DNA of 64,000 nt from Octopus sinensis (lineage: Eukaryota): assembly GCF_006345805.1 (NCBI RefSeq), contig NC_043009.1, forward strand, positions 54,994,001 through 55,058,000. Reading direction: 5' to 3'. Position 1 is the stretch's first letter; each line of letters begins with the position of its first letter. The position numbers and the translations under genes were made by a program. The notes below the pieces were generated by a model that ran no database searches, was not told the DNA's origin, and saw only the letters and a program-made list of their open reading frames with translations. Below are positions 37,901-49,567 of the stretch, piece after piece.

Positions 37901-39454
37901 TTATTTTACTTCTTAGAGCTCTCGGTCTTATTTGCTCTGGTTGATTCTGTGAGAGCAGATAGCAACCTGTTATCAGAGGTATCACAGGGTCTCTTTCCGC
38001 AAATTATAAGCTTTGGTACCTGAATGTTAAACAAGGTTGGGAGGAGAAATACGGTTCAATATATCAACTCTAATTCTTGACTTGTACTAATTTTACTGAC
38101 AGAAACATGGTGAAAATTACTACAGTTTTATGTCCAGCATCAACCATTAATTGGCTTATTAGTAATAATAATTAATATCTATTCAATAGTAATTAATACT
38201 TAACTACTAATAATAATTATTACTAATTATTATGATTGATATATAACAACCCCATTTATGGTTCAAATAAATCTAAGCACCACAGTAATTTACAAGTATC
38301 ATCAATATTTGTAATAACACTGATAATTTCTTATGAAGTCATGATAAAAAATAAGTGAGAGAAATGCTATGTTATGGCATTCATGTACTGCCCAAAGATA
38401 TTACTGATTTGAGAAATGTGGATCCAGTTGAAAAACTAAATTTGGTGAAGGTTCCATGAATTGTAGTGCCATGTATTGCCCACTGTAATACTAATGATAA
38501 TAATTAGATACACAAATACAGACCTAATCAGTTGAATTCAAATATTACAACTAGTGCTTCAGATATAAAAACCCTAGTAGTCTGAAGTGTATGAAGCAAC
38601 TCTAGTAGGACTTGAACTTATATACAGATATTAAATAATATATTGAGTAAAACTAAAGTTATCCACTCCAATGCTCTCATTTCTCTACTACCACACCCCA
38701 CACTCATTAAAATAATGATTTCTCTTGGGCCAATTACAATGCCAAATTTTAGTCAGAGAGGAAGCATTGTCAATTAAAAACCCTTTTGTTATCATATTTC
38801 TATAAAAGATACAGCTGGGTTTTTTTTTTTAATTAATTTTGAAATTAATGAAGTATTTAGTAAAATAACTGTTGTTATTAAGCTGGTGTTTGGAACATAA
38901 ATTAACATGAAATTTTGATGAAAGGTTTTAATTTAAATCACTTTAAATTAACCAAATTTCATCATAATTATTTTTCCTACTGACTTCAGGGAAATGAAAG
39001 GCAGATGCTGAACCCAGAAACAAGAAAAATAAATAGGAAAAACTACAAGAAAATATTTGGATCTGCACTCAACTCTCTGTCATCTGTAAATGCACCCAAG
39101 AAAAGTATTTCTTTTAACTCATCACAAAATCAAATTTTGGAGGGTTTTTTGGGTTTTTTTTTATAGGGATGAGATCATTTAGTATATTACTGATACTTAT
39201 TTTATCCAAATTCAAAAGAATAAAAAGCAAAGATGACTCCAGCATATATTGTAATGCATTTAGTCCAGGGCTGTACTGTCTTGACCATTCTGCCATTCTC
39301 CGACTACAAGAATAACAAATGGGAAAAGAAACCTATGCTGAGGACACCACTAACAAGGATCTTAGTAAGGTTTTTCTCTCCCAGCCTTCTTGTCTCACAT
39401 GATTACAACTTTAAACTATAGAAATGCTACATGTGTTGTAAAGGGGATGGGGGC

Positions 39455-39459
39455 GATAT

Positions 39460-39509
<50 letters not shown>

Positions 39510-39620
39510 CAGATAGATAGATATAGATAGATAGATAGATAGATATAGATAGATTGATAGATAGATAGATAGATATAGATAGATTGATAGATAGATATAG
39601 ATAGATAGATAGAGATAGAT

Positions 39621-39701
<81 letters not shown>

Positions 39702-39780
39702 AATAGATAGATAGACAGACAGATAGATATTTTGATATGCAGATAGACAGCCAGATAGATAGACAGATAGCTAGACAGAC

Positions 39781-39826
<46 letters not shown>

Positions 39827-39872
39827 GTAGATAGGTAGATAGATAGATAGATGGAGAGATAGATAGATGGAG

Positions 39873-39919
<47 letters not shown>

Positions 39920-39920
39920 C
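39455..39920. repeat. Long imperfect (GATA)n microsatellite, ~460 bp
   Basis: Direct reading; smaller (GATA)n at ~33122-33160. Confidence 0.95.
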
Positions 39921-40242
39921 AGTTGAATATATACAGAGAGAGAGGGGGCGGACAGGAGTGGGGTAGATAGCTAGATAGGAAACAAGAAGAGAAATAAAAT
40001 TTAAATATCTGAGCCCTTTCTTCTCATTTTTCACCTGACAAAATTCATGTTCTTTCTATAGAAGGTAACATAACTTAATTGGAGCATAAACAATAGAGCA
40101 TTATAAAAGTGGATGGAGAGGAAAATCTAGAGAGAGAAGGAGAGAGAAATATCAACACTATAAAGGACTTAAGTTCTCTGAAAGTATATTATACATGTGT
40201 GTGTGTGTGTGTGTGTGTGTTTGCGAATATATGAGAGCTTAC

Positions 40243-40296
40243 CTGTAATCTGATGAGCTGGTCTGGGAGCCCATCGATCTCCAGGATATTCCCCAT
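40243..40296 (-). CDS. Probable first coding exon of a minus-strand gene: MGNILEIDGLPDQLIRLQ (phase 0); product unknown
   Basis: ATG at 40296 preceded in frame by TAA TAA GTG; GC-richer than its surroundings; consensus CAG|GTAAGC donor at 40242; MG start is compatible with N-myristoylation. Confidence 0.55.
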
Positions 40297-40780
40297 CACT
40301 TATTATGTGAGAGATGACCAAAGATGAATAATAATCAAAGACATCCACAAGTGAGAAGAGTGAAAGTAGGAAACCCTATAGGCCACCACCAACAACAATA
40401 ACAACAACAAGAACAGGAACAACAGAAGTGGCAGCTAATAACCCCCTAAACCCCTCCAACGGCGGTGCTGGTGGTGAAATCAAACTTTGCCACACACCTC
40501 AGCACACCTTTATCGTGTCGATCAGCTTAACTCCACAACAGTAACAAGTCTCCGACAACAGAGATGCTTACACATGACTGTCTTTCACTGTTGCTGCTGC
40601 TGCAGCCGTTGCTGCCAGTGTTGTTGCTGCTGCAGCTGCTGCTACTGACTGTGGCTGCTGCGATTGCTGTTGATGCTAATTTTGATGTTGTTGAAGAACT
40701 ATCAACAGGAGCTACAGAAGTGGCGGTTGCAAACTCTCACAGTATGACTGATACATTAGCATCCACAAGGTTACTACTGC
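40297..40780 (-). other. Candidate 5' UTR exon sequence with CAG/CAA microsatellites
   Basis: T-run acceptor TTTTTTTTTGCCTAG|CAGTAG at 40781; local CpG retention; contiguous with the ATG exon. Confidence 0.3.
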
Positions 40781-41909
40781 TAGGCAAAAAAAAAAAAAAG
40801 TACGATGTCTCTCTCACTCGCAACTCTTTATTGATCCACTACCTTCTTCCCCAGCCAAACCCCACCCACCCCCTCGTTTTTCTCTCCCTGTCACTAATAC
40901 TACTAAAACTACTATTGTTGTTTATGTTGATGCTGCTGCTACTGTTACTATTGCTGCTGTTGTTGTTGTTGTTGTTACTCGTAAAAATTGCTACTACAGC
41001 CACTGGCCTTCCTTCCCTCTCCTAAACATCATCCTGCTTAGATTACTCTCCACAAGATTTACTGATAACAGCCAGCTTTGGGACAAAACAAAACAAACAA
41101 AACACTGAATGTTTAAAACTTAAATGTTATATTGACAATTTAAAATGAGTTTGTTGGCTTCCACACCCACCTAGTGGTGTTGAAAATTATCTAAAAAAGG
41201 GGATGTTTATAATCATTTTTCTAAAAGGTACAGTTCCCCCTTTTTTTTTCTTCTATCTTATCTTAGGCATACAACAAACAGGTGACTGGCATCAACTAAA
41301 GATACCAGCTGAGTTACAAATTCACCTAACCACTACTTACATAACTAGGAGATGAGGATCCCAAAGAGAGAGTCATTGCTTGATTTCTCAATCTGCTGAA
41401 AATAGTAGCCAAATATCCCTCAAACTATACACAACATTATCATTAACCTCATCATCATTTTAATGTGCACTTTTCTATGGCTCTCATGAGACAGACAGAT
41501 TTTCCTAAGGCAGATTTTCTACAGCTGGATGCCCTTCTGGTTGCCAACACTCACCTGTTCCCAACTAAAATAATATTTCCCCATGGCCAGACATGTTTTA
41601 CATGGGAGATTGAAGACAAAGGCCACGGTTGCACGATAATGATACCTGTTTACAACTGTCTCACAATGTAAAGACGAGGCGACACCAACTCCCATGCATG
41701 TACAATGGGCTTCTTTCATTTTCCATCTGCCAAATCCACTCACAAGGATTTGGTTGGTCCGGAACTAAAGTAGAAGTTGCCTGCCCAAGGTGCCAAACAG
41801 TGAGACTAAACCCAAGACTACTTGGTTGAGAAGCAAACCCCTAATCACACAGCCACACCTGCACCTTAAAACACACTGAAGTAATCCTGGATGTAATATG
41901 ACCTCCACA

Positions 41910-42225
41910 CAGCAAAGACTGGCCTTCCTCTTCAGACCAAGAAAAATACTTTAGCCCTAAACAAAAACTGCTACAAATATTAGTGAGATCCACAACTGAG
42001 TAGTACTCTTACATCTGGGATGGCACTGCTACATATTAAGAAATCATAGAAGATAAACTTAAGAAAGGCTAACCGATTGATTAGCATGAAGCTGATACTC
42101 CGACCTCTTATCCACAGACATGTTGCCTCTTCTCTCTTTTTTACTTATACAAGAATGGCCTTTGCTCCTCTGAGCTCACTGGTCTTATGCCATCTCAACT
42201 CGGGTACTTCCTCCAACTCATTTTT
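41910..42225 (+). mobile_element. CR1/L2-type LINE 3' ORF fragment (decayed)
   Basis: QRLAFLFR../KYFSPKQ..VRSTTE*YSYIWDG../YKNGLCSSELTGLMP with frameshifts, resembling CR1-type ORF2 C-termini. Confidence 0.7.
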
Positions 42226-42729
42226 CCTCATTTTGTCAGCCCTATACTGCTAGTCCCCAACTCCACACTAACCCCTATTCCCAGTTTTTTCTCCTCAGGA
42301 TGTCGACTGTCTGAAATTCCCCCCCTGCCTATGATTTTCATTTTTTTTACATCCTGCAGTTGTTGACTTTTAACAGGAACATCACCAAAGTAGATATTAT
42401 CCTTCTCAGAGGACATGACAAGGCTACGGTTGACACAATCCCTTCCCTCAGATTTATCCAATGGAATATATTTTTATATATATATATATATATATATAAA
42501 AGGTCTGACTCATTAAGGTTGAAATATCTGTAGTCATGGTTCTGCTTTATAAGGACTACAGCAGTTGAGGCAAAACAACAACTGCAGAAACCTAATTTGT
42601 TTATTAAGGAGAAAATACTGACTCTTAATTATTTGTCATTATTTCCTGTGTAAAATGTAAGTTAGATTTTTATAAAATATTCTATTCTGTAGTATATTAT
42701 TATTATTGTTCTTATTGTTGTTGTCACTA

Positions 42730-43195
42730 GCATGCTGAGCAAAATATGTAGCAGCATTTTTCTTAAATTTACATTCTGAGTTCAAATGCCACTGGGGTTG
42801 ACTTTGCTTTTCACCCTTTCAGGGTCAATAAAAAAAGTACCAGTTGAGACTGAGGTCAATGTAATTGACTTGCCCCCTCCTCAAAAATTCCAGGTCTCAT
42901 GTCTATAGCTGAAAATTATTATTATTATTATTATTATTATTATCATTATTATTATTATTATTATTGTTATTATCATTATTATTATTATTATTAAATGGCA
43001 AGCTTGCAGAAGTGTTAGCATGCCAGGCAGTGTCATTTTTTCTGGCTTTACACTGAAATCAAATTCCAGCAAGATCGACTTCCATTTTCATTCATTCAGG
43101 GTCGAAAAACTAAGTACCAGTTGAACACTCAGGCTGATGTAATTGACCCACATCCTTACCTTAAAATTTTAGGACTTGTGCCTATAATAAAAAGT
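42730..43195 (+). mobile_element. Two tandem family-B SINE copies separated by (TTA)n
   Basis: Family-B motifs TTCTGAGTTCAAAT..GGGTC(A/G)A..AAGTACCAGTTGA. Confidence 0.75.
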
Positions 43196-43300
43196 TTATT
43201 TTATATATATATATATATATATATATTGGTAAAAACAGTAAGATAACAAAAGAAAGAAAGAGACCTCAATATTATGTAAATAGAGGAAATTTATCTATAA

Positions 43301-43479
43301 AATAATATGTTACAATTACTCAATAGTCAAGATAAAACTCTGAGTTTCAGATGCCGAAGTGGAAATCCACAACACCATCTCTTCATCAGATAACCGAAGA
43401 GATGGTGTTGTGGATTTCCACTTCGGCATCTGAAACTCAGAGTTTTATCTTGACTATTGAGTAATTGTAACATATTATT
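43301..43479. repeat. Perfect 84-bp inverted repeat with an 11-nt loop
   Basis: 43301-43384 is the exact reverse complement of 43396-43479; loop ATCAGATAACC. Confidence 0.95.
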
Positions 43480-44984
43480 ATATATATATATATATATATA
43501 TTTTAAAACAAACTTGCACATTTTCTATACGAACTGTGTACTGCAATATAAAGTTTCATATCATGTTATAATTGCTCTCTCTCTCTTTCTCTCCCTTCCT
43601 CACACACACTTTAATAACATACACAAGTTTCTCCTTCTTTCTATGTAACTCTCTAAATTATTCACTCACTCTCTACAGCTATTATTTCATCCATACCTTT
43701 CTAAATTCCTCTTCTGAAATAAAAGCTCAATCTTTTTTTCTTTCCACTTCTACTCTCTTATTCAATCAATCTCTTCCTCTTTTCCACTTCTCAGTAATAT
43801 TTGACTGCCTGTCTCACTAGCTGCTAACTGATCTCTCTCTCTCTCTCTCTCTCTCTTTGTCTCATTCATTCTCTCTTTTCCCTACCTACATTTATCTATC
43901 TATTTTATCTCCATAATACTTTCTTGTTTTGACCTCTTCCAGCAGGGTCATTGCCTTCTCTTTCCAGCATCTGAGGTAGAAAACATACACACACACAAAA
44001 AAAAAAAAAAATCTCAGCAACATGACTTGATAATTTATATACATATATACACACGTGTATATATTCACACTCTCATACACACACACATACCTACATATAA
44101 ACGCCAGCCTTTGACTTTTTCGATCCAAGGAATTTTTTAACCAAATACATGCTAATATTTATAGCTTTATCTGCTTACCAAAAAGATATATTCATATACA
44201 CACACACACACATACACACATGCGCAAACATATTAGTGTGCTTGTATGCATACACACACACATGTATACATATATTAACACACGCACATATACATATTTG
44301 TATACATAAATTTACACCCACACACACTCATATATCAATATTTCTTATCAAATTTATGCACTATTAAATCATTCTATTTATACAATATATTTCTACATCT
44401 ATTCTAAATACCATTTATATAACAAAAATAAAAAATGAAATAACAATGCTACACACACACATGCATACGCATACGCATACAATCATGGTACATTAAAGAT
44501 AAATACCATACCTATCTGTAATTGCCTATTAACATCTCATATAGCTTGAGAATTGGCATTAACAGAAAATATGTATATTGATGTAAACAGACAGAAATCT
44601 TGTTAGCAAAGGAAATAAAATGAGTGAGTGAAAGTTGGAGAAAATGCCTCTCTGCTACCCATCCAATGATAACAACTCATAAATAGAGGAATATAAATAA
44701 AGGAAAAAAAGATGAGTAAATTCCAAAGAGACATTCTAAAGAAAAAATGGTGAGGAGGAGGACAGCAGTAAGTAGAAAGAAGAGCAGGAAGAATGCGTTA
44801 GTTTATTGGTTTATTATCATCATAGAATCTCTTTTACTGTGCTCTTGAAATGCCATTAAGTCTTTAGAATTATCCTCTGGTGTATTAGAAGCAGATCAGT
44901 GTTTTCATACAGTTAGAAAATATGGAAAACAATAACAATATCAATAATAATAACCCTCTCTATCACAGACACAAGGTCTGAAAT

Positions 44985-47625
44985 TCTGGGGGAGGGGACA
45001 AGTCAATTACATTGACCCCCAGTGTTTCACTGGTACTTAATTTATCAACCCCAAAAGGATGAAAAGCAAAGTCAACCTCAGCAGAATTTGAACTCAGAAT
45101 GTAGCAACAGGTGAAATGTCGTTAAGTATTTCACCTGGTGTGCTAACAATTCTGCCAGCTCACTGCCTTAATAATAATAATAATAATGATAATAATAATA
45201 CTTTCTGCTATAGGCACAAGGCCAGGAAATTGTGGGAAGGGAGGGGGCTAGTCGATTATATCAACCACAGTACTTGACTGGCTCTTAATTTATCGACCCC
45301 CAAAAAGATGAAAGGCAAAGTAGATCTTCGCAGAATTTGAATTCAGAACGTAGTGGCAAGTGAAATACCTATTTCTTTACTACCCACAAGGGGCTAAACA
45401 CAGAGGGGACAAACAAGGACAGACATAGGTATTAAGTCGATTACATCGACCCCAGTGCGTAACTGGTACTTATTTTATCCACCCTGAAAGGATGAAAGGC
45501 AAAGTCGACCTCAGCAGAATTTGAACTCACAATGTAACGACAGACGAAATACCACTAAGCATTTCACCCGGCATGCTAACGTTTCTGCCAGCTCACTGCC
45601 TTACAAAGTGAAATACCGTTAAGCATTTTGTCCAACATGCTAACAATTCTGCCAGCCCACTACCTTCTTAATAATAACAACAATCTACATCACAATATTG
45701 GATACAGTACAATTGTCTTCTATAATAATAATAATAACAATAATAATAATAATAATAATAACAATAATGATTTAGGCATCAGGCTGACAATTTAAAGGAA
45801 GTGTGTAATCAATTAAATCAACTCCAATGCTTGAATGATACATTATTTTATCAAACCTGAAAAGGTGAAAAGCAAGATGGACCTTAGCAGGATTTTAACT
45901 TAGAATGTAGAGTACTGAAACAAATACTGCAAGGCCTTTTGTCCCATGATCTAATGAATCTGCCAATCCAGTACCATAATAATAAAAATGCGCCCTTTTA
46001 AAGCCTAGCCAGGCTCATGGGCTCAGTTTCCATGGCATATGTGTTCCCCAGCTGCACAGGATGCCAATTCATGGCAGCGTTACTCATTTTTGCCAGCTGA
46101 GTGGACTGGAGCAACGTGAAATGAAGTGTTTTGCTCAAGAACACAACGTGTTGCCCAGTCCAGGAATCGAAACCACAATCTTACGATCATGGTGCTGACA
46201 CTCTAACCACTAAGCCACATGATAATAATTCTTTAATGATAATAAGCATAAAGCCTGAAATTTGGTGAGGGTAGGTAAGTCAATTACACTGATTCCAGTG
46301 CTCAAATGGTATTTATTTTAAGAACCCTGAAAGGATGCGAGACAAATGTCAACCTTAGCGGATTATGAATTCTAAGCATAGAGCTGAAAGAAATGCCATA
46401 ATGCATGCTAGTGATTCTAGACCAGATATAGTTGTCAGAAATCACCAAGAAAAGAAATGCCTTCTAATCGATGTATCAATACCAACAGACAACAATGTAT
46501 CTCTAAAAGAAATAGAGAAACTCACAAAATACAAAGATCTGGAAATAGAGGTAACCTGAATGTGGAGCCTAAAAACAGAAACAATCCCTATAATAATAGG
46601 TGCATTTGGTACAATTAAAAAAATATTCAAACAAATACATAACTAAAACACCAGGACTTACGAATGCATATAACATACAGAAAATAGCACTACTAGGCAC
46701 CACACATATTCTCGTAAAGCACTTTCAATACAATGAAAATAAGAGCACCACAACAAACCACAGCACATACCGAAGGTATACAAAGCTGTACAGTGAAAGC
46801 ACATGATAAAAATAAGACTACTGAATAATGACAATAATAATTTCAAATTTTGGTACAAGTCTAGCAAGTTTGGAGGAGAGTGTAAGTCAATAATATGGAC
46901 CCCAGTGCTTGACTGGTACTTATTTCATTGACCCCGAAATAATGATAATGGTTTCTGATTTAGGCACAAGGTCTAAATTTTGAAGGAGGCAGTGGGTTAG
47001 TCAAGAGCATCAACTCCAGTACATAACTGATACTTTACTTTATTGACCCTGAATAGAGCTAAAGCAAAGTTGAGCTCAGTAAGATTTGAATTCAGAATAC
47101 AAAAAGCCAGAAGACATTTTTCCTGATACTCAAAGGAATCTGCCAATCAGCGGCAGCAACAACAGCAACATCAACTTGAAAAACAGTCTCGACAACAACA
47201 ACAAAGAAACACACAAACTACTACAACCAAACCTAAATCTGTTGAAAATAATAATAATAATAATAATAATAATTTTCCTAATTTAGACTCAAAGCCAGCA
47301 ACTTTGAAAGGAACAGTTTAGTTGATACAACCAATCAAAGTGCTGAATTGATACTTCTATGTTATTAACCTCGGAGGAATAAAAAGCCAAGTTGATCTTA
47401 GGAGGTTTTGAACTTGCAATGTAAAGAGTAAGAAAAACACCACAAAGCACTTCTGCAATACTCTAATGATTTCACCAATTTACCTACCTTAAAATACTAA
47501 TAACAATAATAATAATTGTTTCTAATATAGAGACAAAGCCTGAGCTTTGAGGGGATGAGCAAGTCAGTCAACTAAACCAACATCAGTGCTTGATTGGTAC
47601 TTTATTTTATCAACCCCAAAGGATG
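44985..47625 (-). mobile_element. Dense array of about nine family-B SINE copies in one orientation, with a family-E SINE and an R4-type fragment inserted
   Basis: Repeated GACCCC..GGTACTT..TTTATC..CCC..AAAGGATGAAAGGCAAAGT..GAATTTGAACTCAGAA blocks separated by (TAA)n. Confidence 0.8.
46398..46805 (+). mobile_element. R4/Dong-type non-LTR retrotransposon 3' fragment (restriction-like endonuclease domain)
   Basis: SRPDIVVRNHQEKKCLLIDVSIPTDNNVSLKEIEKLTKYKDLEIEVT*MWSLKTETIPIIIGAFG..IQKIALLGTTHIL: RPD..ID..P..K..KY (PD-(D/E)xK) motif; stop and frameshift present. Confidence 0.85.
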
Positions 47626-48353
47626 TGATGATAATGACAATTATGATTGATTGATTGATTATTTGATGGATGGATGAATGGATGAGTGTGTTCCCCATCA
47701 CTGCTTGACAATTTGTGTTGGTTAGTTTACATATTCATAACTTAGCAGTTCAGCAAAAGCAACCAACGGAATAAGTAGCAAACTTTAAAATAAGTATTGC
47801 AATTGATTTGTTTGAATCAAGCATTCAAGGCAGCGCTCCAGTATGACCGCAGGGTAATGGCAAACAAGTAAAAGCTAAAAGATAAACCCACTGCCTTTAC
47901 CGATCCATAATAAAAGCCTTCTTCTCACACAGGGCCAGAAATTTGATGAGTAAGTAACATAAGACTGTGTAACAATTAAGTCTTCTTTTTTTTCTCCTTC
48001 TTGGAAATCACTGCATAAGTGAAACGAATCAGCATCAACTGATATCAACAACAACAGCAGCAGCTATGGTAAGAACAACAACTAGCAATTAAGAGCAGGT
48101 AGAGAATAGAACAAGGAAAACTTTGAAAAACAGAAGATAGAAGAAATCAAAACAGATTAGAAATCTCCAATCAATGGCAAGCAGCAGACACACCAAAAAT
48201 CTCACCATGCATAAAACCACACCAACACACATGTATACACCTCAAGAAATACTACATGCAATTAAAACCCACGCAGAGACATATATTAATAAAGGTTTTC
48301 ATATAGGTGCGTGTGATTATACATACATACATGTATATATGTATGTATGTATG

Positions 48354-48405
<52 letters not shown>

Positions 48406-49223
48406 CACACATACATACACATAGACAGACACATAGATAAGTATGTATTTATATAAAATTTGCAGCTGCACCAACACATAGCCATACAAACGACCTACAC
48501 ATTAGTACACTCCTACACAAATGTGCCTACTCATAGCTATAAAAAATAATTTAGAATACATTCGTTAAATGTGTTCGTTCAACGAAAAGCTTTATTCTAA
48601 GTAATAGATGATTTGCTACAAGTCTGGTCTATCATCTAATTGACTTTGAGTTCAAATTTCAACATTAGTACTGTGCACTCTTGGAAAAGGTAGTTAACTC
48701 TCATTAGCCCAATCCATTAAGATGTAAGCACACAGGTACCAACGTTTGCTGTGAATAATATAATTGATGGATTCATCAGCTTGCAGTGTTGAACATAAAT
48801 CACATCTAGAAGCCATGCAATTTCATTAAGTAGTTACAGTATCTACAACAACTGCTTCCGGAAACTGTAACGCTAAAAGGATAACTTATTGAAGATAGAG
48901 CTTACATTTAGAATTGTAGGAACAGAGGATGACTTAGTTAACAATGTGCTAGGCAGACATCTAAGAAGTTCTTGACAAAATCTGATACAGTGACCAACGT
49001 ACACCACTCAGCAGCCTAGACCACCTAATTGTTATTCGAATGACTCATTGCTGTAAGAATTGATTCTGCTTTAACCCTTTTGTTAACCATATTTCTGCAG
49101 AAATGCAGACTCTGTTCCAATTAACATTGAATATAATGAGAAATACAGGAAATTGTTGTCAGTATTAAGTCAGATTTTGATGCAAAGTTTTAACTTAGAT
49201 CACTTTAGAACAGGAAGTTGGCA

Positions 49224-49457
49224 TCACAAAACCAGGGGCAGTATTGGGCAGGTTGGTGTGAAAAACCTGCCAAACTTAATAAGACTTGCAGAAATGAGTA
49301 TAATTCCACTAGTGGGCTTAGACGATAATGGACTAGCTAATGAGACAGAATAGAGAGTAAGTGGTGGTGGTGATACATAACCAGCCAGCTCTGAGGAACA
49401 GAGACCATTCTTGTAGGAGTAGAAAATGTTGAGAGATAAAGCCTGCTTGAAAACCAT
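49224..49457 (-). mobile_element. CR1/L2-type LINE 3' fragment
   Basis: SLNIFYSYKNGLCSSELAGYVSPPP, same family as 41910-42225. Confidence 0.65.
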
Positions 49458-49533
49458 ATGGTGTTTTTTGTTTTTTTTAACAACTTTATGTCAGTCAGTC
49501 ATGTGGTTTCTCTTTGAATGTGTTGTGGTATGG

Positions 49534-49567
<34 letters not shown>

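Noticed and set aside
40564-41025. 153-aa poly-Leu + strand ORF
   Set aside because: Produced by CTG/TTG microsatellites, starts at a non-ATG codon, and has no splice or domain support
42228-42461. 77-aa minus-strand ORF
   Set aside because: Non-ATG start, adjacent to a decayed CR1-type fragment, no recognisable motif or splice signals
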